From Callorhinchus milii (lineage: Eukaryota), in NCBI RefSeq assembly GCF_018977255.1, contig NW_024704771.1, positions 3,658,155 to 3,722,000 on the forward strand: 63,846 nt of DNA. Direction: 5' to 3'. This document shows positions 48,362-60,375 of this stretch, one piece after another. Both the position numbers and the translations under genes were made by a program. Every line of letters starts with the position of its first letter. Within the stretch, counting starts at the first letter, position 1. The notes under the pieces are model-generated. The model saw only the letters and a list, made by a program, of their open reading frames with translations. It searched no databases and was not told the origin of the DNA.

Positions 48362-49235
48362 TGAGGATTGCCATCCACTCCCTATTTCCCGCAACTCTGC
48401 CCTCACCCCTTCTCCCTCTTCCCAGAAACCGCGATAGGGCCTCCCTGGTCCTCACCTTCTACCCCACCGGCCTCACCATCCAACAAATAATTCCCTGCCG
48501 TTTCCGGCACCTCTAGCGTGATCCACCGCTAAGCATATCTTTCCCTCCCCTTCCCTCTCATTCCGAAGGCACCATTCCCTCCGTGACTCCCCGGTCCATT
48601 CCCCCATCACCACCAACAGTGACCCTCCTCCCCCGGCACCTTCCCCACGTCAGTGCACTACCTGCCCTTTCACCTCTTCCTCTACACTGGGGAGACCAAA
48701 CGCGGATTGGGCGACCGATTTGCCGATCACCTCCGTTCTGTCCGTGAGCACAGCCCTGAGCTTTCGGGTTCTTGCCACTCTCCCTCCCACTCGCGCTCAG
48801 ACCTCTCCGTCCACGGTCTCCTTCCTGCGCCGTTCCAATGAGCCACAGCGCGAGCTCGAGGAACAGCACCTCACTTATCTGCCAGGGACCTTCCAGCCCT
48901 TTCCCCCTCCCCTTCCCTCCACTCTCCCCCTTCTGGGATCATTAGCACATCATCCGGATCCCAGACACACCTTCTACACTCTATGGTCTGCCTTTCTGCT
49001 GCAATTCCCCACCCCACCCCCTCCCCACCCATCCCTTTGTTTGGCATCATTAACACCTCTTTAACCCATCATCCCCTGTCCGCTGCCCCATTTTCTCTGT
49101 GTCTTCTTTGCCCTGCCTCCCCCCCACTTCTCTGTCAGCCCTTAAAAGCCTCTCCATCCCAACGCGCCCCAGTTCTGACGAAGGGTTACGGACCCAAAAC
49201 GTTGACTCACTTTCCTTTCCTTTCTCCATAGATGC
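48362..49235 (+). mobile_element. Penelope-like element 3' fragment (GIY-YIG endonuclease region and tail)
   Basis: YTGETKRGLGDRFADHLRSV; tail shared with 1400-1675. Confidence 0.8.
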
Positions 49236-49443
49236 CGCCCGGGAATCGAACCCGGGTCCTCTGGCTTGCGAGGCGAGTGCTCTAACCGCCACATTAAGGC
49301 ACTACGCTGCACTTAGTGCTACGTTAGGCGGCTTTGAGTCCAAAATTGGTTCTCGGAATGACTTGTGGTGCGGAGGGGGGAAATCACAGAGTTAGGAATG
49401 GGCCTGGAATGGTTGGGGCTCCCGGATTCGGATTGGAACGTAC

Positions 49444-49563
49444 CTTTGGTCTTTTTTTGTTGTTTCCAGATGAAGAACAAAACCCCACCGATCCCGGCCA
49501 GGAAAATGAAGAAGAACAACAAACAAAAGACCAGCCCCAGAGAGACACGGGGGAAAAAATAAT
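49444..49563 (-). CDS. BTN-like gene C, transmembrane exon (DYFFPRVSLGLVFCLLFFFIFLAGIGGVLFFIWKQQKKTK)
   Basis: 120 nt, phase 1-1; D.FFP+V start shared with genes A and B. Confidence 0.85.
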
Positions 49564-50091
49564 CTGAAAAGCAAAAGCGATAACGTGGATTAGGTTTGTA
49601 TTTCCCACCGACCTGAGTTACCCAAATGCACGGGGACACTTCCTCCTCCGGAAAACTAATACTCCTTACGTTTAGCCCGGCGTCTTTCACGTTGGGAGGA
49701 CGTTCCAAAGCCATTGCACGGGATTTAATAATAATAACAATCCTTGCGTTTGATATAGGGCCTCATCACGTCTTTGAGACGTCTCAAAGCGCTTCGCAGG
49801 ACACAACGCAAAGTGAATTGACTGTGTATTTTGTGGGTGAAACGCAGCAGGTAATTGAGCACAGCAGCGTCTCACACACAGTCGTGACCACATTATTAGT
49901 TACTTGGCTAACAACCAGGTTGCTACTTACCGCTAGACGGAGGCGTGTGTGTGGAACAAGGAAACGCGCCTAAGGTTTCGCCCCGACCGGGAATCGAACC
50001 CGGATCCTCTCGCTTGCGAGGCGAGCGCTCTCACCGCTGAGCTACTAACAGGGCTCCGCAAACTGGTCCCCGATATCACACGTCGACTGAC

Positions 50092-50370
50092 CTGCGATCT
50101 GGATTTTTCCTTCTGTTTTTTTCTTGGTTAAGCTGTCGATGAACAGGCAGCTGAACATGTTGCCGGAGCTCTCCGTGGCAATGATGGAGGTTTGCATCAT
50201 GATCAAGCCATTGGCAGAATTTCCTGTTGTGGTCTGTGCCGTCAGTTTGTGCTGTTTCCCATCCTCCCACGAGACCTCGGGCTGAGAACTCCATCCATCG
50301 GACTCGCACACAAGCTTGATCCCGTCGCCTTGGTATCCCGCCATGTGAATCCAAGGCTGACTGCCGAGAA
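50092..50370 (-). CDS. BTN-like gene C, IgC exon (VLGSQPWIHMAGYQGDGIKLVCESDGWSSQPEVSW...FSCLFIDSLTKKKTEGKIQIA)
   Basis: 279 nt, phase 1-1, both Cys present, BTN-type IgC. Confidence 0.88.
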
Positions 50371-50736
50371 CTGGGAGTGCACAGGGGGAACAGTTGGGAA
50401 CAGCAGCGGAAATCATTCAACGACGACTTATAAGAATTTACTCGGCGCAAGAAGAACAAGGACCAATCCAGTTCTCCTGCCACCAACCATCCTGGCAGTC
50501 GCTTGACATGTTGTGTCCCAAACTATACACCGCATCCCCCAGGATATTATTTCCCAACAGAAATCTATCTCATTTGTTCTTGAAAGAATCGACTGGTTCT
50601 TTTGCAGCTTCACTTAAATCCGCGTCCTATGGCTACCAACCGACCCACCAGAGGAAACAGTTATTCACTCTATCAAAACCCCTCACAACACGTCTCTTTC
50701 ACAGTCTAAAGCTAGGAATTCAACTCTTCCACTGAC

Positions 50737-50775
<39 letters not shown>

Positions 50776-51194
50776 CCTTGCAATTGATATAGCGCCTGAT
50801 CACGTCTTCCAGACATCTCAAAGCGCTTCGCAGAATATACTGTAAATATACTGAATTCACTGGATGTTTTGGGGGACGAAATGTTGCCACACAGCCCACG
50901 GCACATTGCGCACGGCAGCGTCCCACAAACAGTCACGGGTTGATTGGCCAAATTATTATTATTACTACTTTTGAAGGGATTATCACCGCCGGAAAAGTGA
51001 TCCGCCAATCGACTAACCCGGGTCCTCTCCCCCGCGAGGCGAGCCCTCTAACCACTGAGCCGCAGGACTCCACCACGATACGAAGGGTGAACCCACCCCA
51101 TGAGAGGACGCCAGAAGATCAGAAAGAAATGAATGTTTTTAACTCATGCGTTTTTTTTTTAAAAAAATCAAAGGGGTAAAATGTGTTTTCTTAC

Positions 51195-51252
51195 CAGACT
51201 GCGAGAGGCAAAGTACACCGCAAAGTATCTGAGCAAAATGTTTCCACGTCAT
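51195..51252 (-). CDS. BTN-like gene C, signal peptide exon (MTWKHFAQILCGVLCLSQS)
   Basis: 58 nt and M.WKH start as in genes A and B, donor GTAAGA. Confidence 0.8.
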
Positions 51253-51394
51253 TTCACCAGACATTCCTAAAGGAAATTAGAACTGGTTAGAACACAGCGA
51301 AGGTGATTAGAGACGGATATGAGTGAACTTCAAAATCTTTCTGTGACATTTCTGATCGCGCAGTACAACTCACACCAGTCGGGACCGTGACATT

Positions 51395-51427
<33 letters not shown>

Positions 51428-51974
51428 CCTTACGTTTGATACGGCGCCTTATCACGTCTCAAAGCGCTTCACAGAGTGTACTGTAAAGCGAATCAATTGC
51501 ACGTTTCGTGGGCGAAACGCAGCAGCCGATGGCGCGCAGTGGAGTCCCACGAGCGGTCGTGGATTGAGTGACCAAAATGTTATTTAACGGACCGTTGGCC
51601 CAGGACACCAGGAGCGAGAAACTCCCTTCTCTTTCCGAATAGTGTCAGGGGATCCATTGGTTTCCAGATACAAAATGGTTGCAAGTGTCCGTATAAAGTT
51701 TCTTTTTTTGTAGAATTATATTCCAACCCTGTTCTTCTTCTTCTTATTATTATAATTCTTATTAAGAATTATTTGAGCAAGAAAGACTGCACGGGCTGGA
51801 GCTCTCGTCTGCCGTTGAGATGAGGTGCTGAGGGAGGGCCTGATCGTTTCGGATCACGAGGTTAAATTAGTTTAACGCCGTGGGTTGGGATTACATCTGA
51901 TAAGAAGTTCTCAGAACTAGAGGGTGTGGTGTGGTTTGATTCCAGGGTTGGGGCGAAACGTTAGGCACTTTACT

Positions 51975-52010
<36 letters not shown>

Positions 52011-52079
52011 GTTGGTGGCGTTTCAGACACGCGATGAGGCGCTGCAGCACATAATACTGTTATAAATCAGCCTTTACGT

Positions 52080-52375
52080 GGCTCAGTGGTTAGAGCACTC
52101 GCTTTGCGAGTGAGAGACACGAGTTCAATTCCAGGCAGAGGGCCAAACCTCGGGCAAGTTTCCTTACTCCGCACAGAGCCTAATAATAATCCCTCCAAAA
52201 CCAAAAACAATAATAAATCGGTCATTTTCAATCCACGACTGTCTGCGGGACATCGCTGTGCGCCATCGGCTGCCGCGTTCGCCCACAACTATACAGTCAG
52301 TTCACTTTACAGTGTGTTCTGTGCGGCGCTTTGGGACGTCCTCCCGACGTGAACAGCGCTGTATCAAACGCGAGG

Positions 52376-52405
<30 letters not shown>
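52080..52405 (+). mobile_element. Young-subfamily tRNA-Ala SINE
   Basis: Reverse complement of the 13570-13900 type. Confidence 0.88.
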
Positions 52406-52407
<2 letters not shown>

Positions 52408-52649
52408 AAAATGGTCAAGAGCAGATCTTCAACGACAGTCAATAGGGCGGTGAGGCTGGGAAACGCATTGGCGGAGACTGTGGTCGATGCACAAAGTGGT
52501 CAGTGGAGGAAACGGACTCGTTGGGTGGATCCTCAGTGTTTCCGTGTTATTGTGGCTTCCATTGCTGCGCGGAGGGAGGGTCTGTCTCAGTCTGTCTCTG
52601 GCTTTTGCGGTTCAGTTCAGAGAGAGTTCCCCACTCCCTCGACACGCTC

Positions 52650-53180
52650 CCTCCCTCCCTCCCTCCCTCCCTCGCACACTCGGCCTCGCTCGCTCACTCA
52701 CTCCGAAGCTCACTCACGTACTCTTCCCTCGCTCACACACTCCCTCACTCACTCAGACTCACTCACATACAACGTCCTCCCTCATTCGCACTCCCTCACT
52801 CCCTCCCTGCCTCACGTACTCGCTCACCCACTCGCTACCTCACTCACACACTCCCTCCCTCACATACTCGCTCACACGCTCACTCACACTCCCTCCCTCA
52901 CTCACACCCTTACACACTCGCTCACACACACACTTACGCACTCTCGCGCACACTTCCTCTCACTCCCTCCCTCCCTCCCCCGCTCGCACCCTCACACAAA
53001 CACACACTCCCTCACTCCCACACTCACTCAAACCCTCCCTCACTCACGCACACACTCGCTCACACACTCACTCAAACACTCCCTCACTCACCCTCCTTCA
53101 CACACTCATTCCCTCCCACTCACTCCCTCCCTCCCACACTCCCTCCCACACTCACTCCCTCCCTCACACACACTCACTTA
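52650..53180. repeat. CT/CA-rich low-complexity repeat (CTCA/CTCC)n
   Basis: Direct reading. Confidence 0.9.
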
Positions 53181-53304
53181 CTCAATCCTGAGGTTATAGA
53201 GTCATTCGCAGTATTTTCAACCATATTGTTCGTACAGTAACATGTCCCCTCCCCACCTCCCCACCCCTTCTCTGTCTCCATCAGTCCCCTTCTCTATCCT
53301 CTCT

Positions 53305-54648
53305 CTCAACAACAACAACAACAACAAGATTCCATTTATAGAGCGCCTTTCACGTCAGGAGGACGTCCCAAGGCGCTGCACAGTTGGGTCATGACCCGAG
53401 CAGGGGGGAAATGGTCAGGGTGAGGGGAGGGAAGGGAGGGAGCGAGGAGGAGGAAGAGAGTCGAGAGGGGAGCTGAAGGCACGGTCAAAGAGAAAGGTTT
53501 TGAGACCGGCCTTGAAGGAGGAAAGGGAGGAAGCGGCGAAGGCACTGGGGGATGGAGTTCCAGAGCCTGGGGGCTGAGAGGCTGAAGGCCCGACCACCGA
53601 TGGTAGGGCGGTTGGGGCGGGGGACGTGGAGCAGACCGGAGCCAGAGGAACGGAGGGTACGGGCAGGTAGGTAGGGGGATAGTAGGTTGGAGAGGTAGGA
53701 GGGAGCAAGGCCGTGAATGGCCTTGTAGGTGAGGATGAGGATCTTGAAATCAATCCTCTGGGGGATGGGGAGCCAGTGGAGGCGAGCGAGGGTGGGAGTG
53801 ATGTGGTCGCGAAGCCTGGTGCGGGACAGTACACGAGCTGCAGAGTTCTGAATGACCTGCAGCTTGTGGAGGGAGGGCCGGGAAGGCCGGCGAGGAGAGA
53901 GTTCCCATAGTCCAGCCTTGAGGTGACAAAGGCGTGAACCAGGGTTTCAGCAGCGTGAGGGGTGAGGTAGTGCCGTAATCTGGCGATGTTCCGGAGGTGA
54001 TGGAAGGCGGTGCCAGTTGTGGTGCGGATGTGAGGGAGAAAGGACAGCTCAGGGTCGAACAAAACGCCGAGGTTCCTGACTGGCTTTGAGAGGTGGAGAG
54101 TGCAGCCTTGGATGCTGATGGTGTCAGCGCCTGAGGTGCGGAGGCGCTGACGTGAGCCAATCAGGAGGGCCTCGGTTTTTCGCACGTTGAGCTGAAGAAA
54201 GTTGTCTCTCGTCCAGGACTCGATGTCGGACAGGCAGCTGTCAGGACATCGGTGGTCGTGGAGTTGAGAGTAGAGGAGGAAAGGTAGAGTTGGGTGTCAT
54301 CCGCATACATGTGGAAGTTAACCCCATGTTTGCGGATGATGTCACCAAGGGGGAGCATATAGAGGGTGAAGAGGAGGGGACCGAGGACAGAGCCCTGAGG
54401 GACACCACATGAGACAGTACGGGGGGTGGAGGAGAAGCCATTCGTCGAGACAAAGTGAAGACGGTGAGAAAGGTACGACCTAAACCACTCAAGGACAGTG
54501 CCTTGAAGGTTGAGGTGGGAGGACAAGCGGTGGAGTAGGATAGCGTGGTCGACCGTATCGAATGCTGCCGATAGGTCGAGGAGGACGAGGAGACAGAGGG
54601 AGCCCTGGTCACAGATGGTCAGGATATCATTGGTGACCTTGACCAGGG
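53305..54648 (-). mobile_element. L2 LINE, 5'-truncated, RT C-terminal half, lightly frameshifted
   Basis: [54 protein letters not shown]; tail GCGCCTTGGGACGTCCTCCTGACGTGAAAAGGCGCT then (GTT)n. Confidence 0.93.
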
Positions 54649-55059
54649 CAGTTTCTCTCCCCCTCTCTGTGCCCCTCTCTCCCCCTCTCTGTGCCCCTCT
54701 CTCCCCCTCTCTGCGCCCCTCTGCCCCCTCCCTCTCTGTGCCCCTCTCTGTCTCTCTCCCTTTGGTTTTGGAGGGATTATTATTAGGGCTGTGTGTGTGG
54801 GGTAAAGAAACTTGCCCGAGGTTTGGCCCTGACCAGCCCTGAACTCAGGTCTCTCGCTTGCCCTCACCCTAAGCGAGTGCTCTAACCACTGACCCACAGG
54901 ACTCCTCTGGACAGAATAAAGAAACGACCAGAAAATATTAACCCCAGCAGAGTCGGTGGGGGGGGGAAGGCTGACAGTCTGCAACACAAGCGGAAATAAT
55001 TCAAGGAGGTTCCCAGAGAGAGACAGAGATCTGACCGTGTGGAGCCATCGGCTTCACAC

Positions 55060-55262
55060 ACACACACACAGAGAGAACCTGTCATTGAAACACTGCTCTT
55101 AAAAGCATCTATTAGTCTCCTCTCCTCAAGCGAACATATGACCCGAAAGTCCCCGTCTCTTACCTTTCTCTGCAGTCAGGGACGAGTGTTGCAAAGTACA
55201 ACATAAAATGGTGTTGGATGAAACGAGAAAGAATCTTTCAGTTTCACTTTCATTTTGAAAGG
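55060..55262 (-). promoter_or_regulatory. Paralogue of the gene B upstream block, including an ISRE at 55240-55251; probable promoter and 5' UTR exon of gene C
   Basis: Co-linear with 35750-36010 (ACCTGTCATT.AAAC, GCGAACA.TATGACC, CTCTTAC.TTTCTCTGCAGTCAGGGAC, ACATAAAATGG, AGTTTCACTTTC). Confidence 0.6.
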
Positions 55263-55399
55263 TTTTTTTTACATCAGTATAAGAATAGGATCAAGACGGA
55301 GGGAGGGGTGGGGTTGGAGGGTGGGGGGTGGGGGGGGCAACGGGGAGCGGTTGGGATAAGCGGGAGGACGCATCCAGAATCATGGCGGCGGGTAGAGGA

Positions 55400-55740
55400 G
55401 TGGGAGCGGGTGGGGAGGTCGGGGGTGAGCTGGTGGGGGAGATCGGGAGTGAGCGGGTGGGGAGATCGGGAGTGAGCGGGCGGGGGGGAGGTCGGGAGTG
55501 AGCGGGTGGGTGGGGGGTCGGGAGTGAGCGGGTGGGGGAGGTCGGGAGTGAGCGGGCGGGGGAGGTCGGGGGTGAGCGGGTGGGGTGGGGGGTCGGAAGT
55601 GAGCGGGGGAGGGGGGTCGGGGGTGAGCGGGTGGGGGAGGTCGGGGGTGAGCGGGTGGGGTGGGGGAGGTCGGGGTGAGCGGGTGGGGTGGGGGGTCGGG
55701 AGTGAGTGGGCGGGGGAGGTCGGGGGTGAGCGGGAGGTGT
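55400..55740. repeat. G-rich minisatellite (unit about GGTCGGGRGTGAGCGGGTGGG)
   Basis: Direct tandem repetition. Confidence 0.9.
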
Positions 55741-55959
55741 CAGGATGTGAAGGGATGTGCAGATGAGTGAGAGGATCTTGAAATGGAGTGGCCAGTCAAA
55801 TGGAGGCAGCGGGTTGTGGGCTGGGGTGAGGGTGAGGGTGGGGGTGGGGGGGGGGGGGTGAGCAGTCGGAGAAGTAGGGAGCTGCCAGGGTACGAAGGGA
55901 TATGGAAACGAGCGAGAGGATCTTGAGACCGGCAAAGAGGGCATTTGAAAAGCCCCCGC

Positions 55960-55990
<31 letters not shown>

Positions 55991-57061
55991 TCTGTGCCAC
56001 TCTCTCTCCCCCTCTCAGCCCCTCGAGTCGGGAGGCGATGAACTCGTGGGCTAACGTTTCGGCTGCTTCTGGGCTAAGGTACAGTCAGAGGCGAGCAATG
56101 CGGCAGAGGTGGAGGAAGGCGGTCCTGGTCAGGGAGGGACTGGACGAGGGGGAAGGAAGGACGGCGGCGGGTCGAACATGACCCCTGGGTTGCGTACCTC
56201 TTCGGTACGCCTGAGGGATAGGCCGGGGAGGTTGAGGAGGTCGGTGCCAGAGGATAGAAGACTGAGTGTGGCTTCCGTCTGGTCCCCCCACACTTCCTGC
56301 CCCACCATTGCCAGTCAGGTGTTCAGCATCTCTGCCCCCACACTCCGGAACTCTATCCCACAATCCCTCCGCCTCATCCCCTCTCTTCCCTCCTTCAAAT
56401 CCAGTCTGAAGACCTTCCTCTTTGATCGTGCCTTCAGCCAACCTCCCGCCCCCCACCCGCCCTCCTCTCCTTATGACCCCCCAACTCCCCGATTGCCCAA
56501 CGTGAAGGACGCTACACAAGTGTAACTTGTTGTGGTTGGAATAGTTTCTTTACAAAAATAATAAATTCGACCAAATGGTCCGATACGCAATGTAGATGCC
56601 AATCTTATTACACTTTATATTAGATTATTATGCTTTTTATTAGAATATTACACTTTATGTAATGATACGAGGTTTCCGCCCAAAATATGCCCGTGCTTTT
56701 CTCTGTCTCTACTTTGTTGCAGAATATATTAGTACAGATGTATCTCTCTTGAGCTCTGTGTGGTTTCCTCTGTTACTATTTCGTGGAATGTGCACCTCCT
56801 ATTTTTGCAGCTTAATTGAAATGTTTTTCTTAAAATGTAGCAGATCAACGATAGGCAATCCCTGAAAAAAAATATGCCCATGACACTCGCACAGTAGGGT
56901 CCCACAAACAGTCGTGGATTGAGTGACCAAATTGTTTTTTTTTCCTGCACTGAGCACTGTGGTCAGTCCTCCACACCTCGTGGTCACAAAGCTGGGATGA
57001 CCGTCACAGGAATTCTCAGATGCAGAGGCAGAAAGCATACACCATCCCTGGGTTTGAAATG

Positions 57062-57396
57062 ATAATAATAATAATAATAATAATAATAATCCTTGCATTT
57101 GATATTGCACTTTTCACGTCGGGAGGACGTCCCAAAGCGCTTCACAGAATATACTGTAAAGTGAATTGACTGTATATTTGTGGGCGAACGTGGCAGCCAA
57201 TGGCGCACAGCAATGTCCCACAAACAGTCGTGGATTGAAAATGACCAATTTATTATTGTTTTGGGTTTTGGAGGGATTATTATTAGGCTCTGTGTGGAGT
57301 AAGGAAACTTGCCCGAGGTTTGGCCCTCTGCCTGGAATTGAACTCAGGTCTCTCGCTTGCAAAGCGAGTGCTCTAACCACTGAGCTACAGGACTCC
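57062..57396 (-). mobile_element. Young-subfamily tRNA-Ala SINE
   Basis: Near-identical to 13570-13900. Confidence 0.9.
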
Positions 57397-58827
57397 ACAA
57401 TGATGGTGAAGCAGGATCCTCCCCTCTCTCTAACACTCTTCCCCGAAGCGTATGGGGAGAGAGCGGGGAGCGGGATATGTTTGGACAGCTCTTTCAAAAG
57501 CAGTCACGGGCACGATAGGCTGAATGGCTCCTTCTGTGCAGTCTAATTCTATGGTTCTATGATATCCCAACTCCCTTCCCAGCTTTCTCTGTGGGTCACA
57601 TCGTCTCTGAGATGTTCCCCTGTGATTAAGCACCTAATGAAGCGCGTATTGTTGCTGTCTCCCGTCAGCATCGATGGAAAGGTGTGAACTAAGGCCCAGA
57701 GACCCATCACCGCTTCTCTCGCAAACACACACCAGCACATCTCCCCAGTGTCCCTCAGTCACTACAGTCGCTCCGTGCTCCTCGACTCCCGCTGGCTTCG
57801 ACGCTGTCACTTGTGTGTTTCTCCGATTCTCTCCTGGCAGCTCTGTGCTGGGGGATGGTTCGATCCCCGGGGTAGAACGTGCAGTCACACAGCAGCTCAG
57901 GCTGTCTCACTCTGTGGAGTGGAGAGAGCATGAAGATCGCGATAGGTTCAGTTCCTGCTGATGGGCAAACTGATCAACAGCACTCAATCTCCTGAACAAT
58001 CTTCTCTACAACCAGACCATCCCCACCAGAACCATCCTCCTCTTCTCCCCCCCCCACATCATACATCCTCCTGTTACACACTCACACTCCCTCCACCCCA
58101 CCCCCCCCATTGCCACCCCCTATAGTTTCTCTCTATTGTCAAATCTCATCCTCGCTGTGTGCACCTCTATTAGGTCCCCTCTCAATCTTCTCTACTCAAG
58201 TGAAAACAGACCGGATTTTTCTCTTTATAACAAAGCCTCCCATTCCTGCTATCATTTTTGTAAATCTCCTCTGTACCCCTTTGGTCTGTTCAGGCCCCCC
58301 CCCCCGCACTTCCCGCCCCACCATTGCCGATTGGGCATTCAGCATCTCTGCCCCCCGCAATCTCTTCGCCTCACCCCTCTCTTGCCATGTTCAAGTCCCA
58401 TCTGAAGACCTTCCTCTTCGACCGTGCCTTCGGCCAACCACCCGCCCCCACCCCTCTGCCCTCCACCTTTCCTGACCCCAACTCCCAGCTCAGGTGCAAA
58501 AGCCCCTGACCATCCAGCGCCCTGGGACGTCTTTCTGACGTGAAGGGCACTATTGTAATTTGCTCCTTGCAAGATTCTGCCATTCAATTTTTTCTGCCAA
58601 AATGCATCAGCCGTCATGTCATTGACTTCATTTGCCACCAATCTGCCCATTGCATTGATCTATTTAAACCCCGCTACAGTGTCTAACCATCCTCCTCACT
58701 GTTCATCTAGTTTGGTATCATTTTCGAAGGTTGATACCATAACCTCACCAATTCTCCTGTTGTAACAGTTGATCAGATGTGGTTTCTGGAGTTAGAGAAA
58801 GCGTTGGTCTGAATGACAACGACTTAC

Positions 58828-59217
58828 CTCTTGTTACTGTCATACACACACGTTTCTTTAAGGGAGAATCCAGTGTCTCGTGGTTTATTTCACACAGGAA
58901 CTCGCGCTGGTCATGTGCATCTACGTCCACCTGAAAGGCGAGCCCAAAGCTACAGCTGACGGTCCTATCGTTGTTCTCGGTATATTCGGGGGACTTTATC
59001 TCATATTCAATCGCTGCAAAACGTATGCGTTGAACCGACGGCTTATATTCCGGTGGTCCATAGGATTCCTCCGAGAACGTGCGGATAATTCCCTTTGCTC
59101 CGATTCCCCATTTGACAGTCAATGCTTTGGGGCTGAACCGAGTGACAGTACAGATCAGAGTCTCGTGATCTCCGTGCTTCACTGGGCCAGGGTCCAACAG
59201 CTGGATATCCTGCGGTA
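58828..59217 (-). CDS. B7/NCR3LG1-like gene D, extended Ig C1 exon (130 codons)
   Basis: LICTVTRFSPKALTVKW...EFLCEINHETLDSPLKK; 390 nt, phase 1-1, TTAACAG acceptor, GTAAGT donor. Confidence 0.85.
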
Positions 59218-60007
59218 CTGTTAAGAAAATCTTGTTATCAAGATATCAATGGCGCCACGAAAAGAAATAGTGCAACTACTGTCCTTGTAAATCTTTACAA
59301 TTTCTTAGTATTGAAGGTCCTTTGAATGAATCTTTAACGCAAAAGGCACTATAGGGTTTTTTTTGGGGGGGCGGTCAGTCTGACAGATGCAAAAACCCAT
59401 CACCATGCTTGATATCCAAACCAAACTGAGAATTCCTTGCATCCCATATAGACAAACAGCTAGAAAGCCTTCAAAAAGGAGATAGTTCAGGGACAGAACA
59501 AATACATCCACACCAAGGGGAAAGGATGACTAAGGAAATCGGGATTAAAATAACACAGAAAAAGGAGATTTCTGATAAATGTCAGGTCCAAAATACTGAA
59601 GATAATCAAATAGAATATAGAAAGTACAGAGGAGAACTGAAAAAAGGAAATAATAGGGGCAAGGAGATTGTATGAGAAAAGATTAGCGGGAACCCTAAGG
59701 TATTTTATAAGCGTATAAAAGGTTAGTTGAAGGGGTCTGTGAGGGACCAACGAGGAAATCATACAGCACAGAAGGAGGCCATTCGGCCCATCGTGTTCTT
59801 TGAAAAGAGCTATCCAATTCAATCCCACTCCCCGCGCTCTCCCCCCAGGGGGCAAGGCGGAGGGATTGAGGGAGAGCTTTGGGGCGTTGCGGCTGAAGGC
59901 ACCGACAACGATATCGGCTTTGCCAGCCATAGAGGAGTCCAGAAGGTGGAGAGCAAACAACAGAGGAGCGACGAGAACAAGACTGATATCGTCCTCTGGG
60001 GTCTCAC

Positions 60008-60375
60008 CTCCTATGACGTGAAACCCGTGCTGGCTTCCCAGGTTCTCTGCGTTCTCGTCTCAATAACCCGATACACAAACTCCGCCCTGTCGTGTTTCCT
60101 TGCATCCGCGGGAAACGATATAAAGATGTTGGGTGAAAGCTCGGGGCAGCCCAAGGCGGTGAAGTGATTGATGGAATCTTCCAGTAACTTCAGCCTGTTT
60201 TCGGCTGAGTCTTCCCTTCCGTAATGCCTCTCCAGGACCTGGGTTTCGACGTCGTTTTTCCTTATGGCCAAGACACACTTCCTCGCTTGCAATGAACAGC
60301 CACGAAAGGAACAGATCCCACTGGTGAATTGGCCTTGCAGGGCCTCCGCTGGCTGCAGAAGTATCTGCACCTTAA
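60008..60375 (-). pseudogene. Gene D, degenerate C1-like exon with a 1-nt frameshift near its 3' end
   Basis: GICSFRGCS...DRAEFVYRVIETRTQRTWEASTG; 368 nt between a phase-1 acceptor and a GTGAGA donor (369 needed), giving TAG at 60011-60013. Confidence 0.6.

Noticed and set aside
52258-53240. 234-313-aa ORFs
   Set aside because: SINE tail plus CT/CA low-complexity DNA
55291-55944. Pro-rich 217-aa ORF
   Set aside because: G-rich minisatellite and L2 pieces
57549-57888. Possible stalk/TM exon for gene D
   Set aside because: No frame gives both a phase-1 acceptor and a continuous hydrophobic helix; the best acceptor leads straight to a stop
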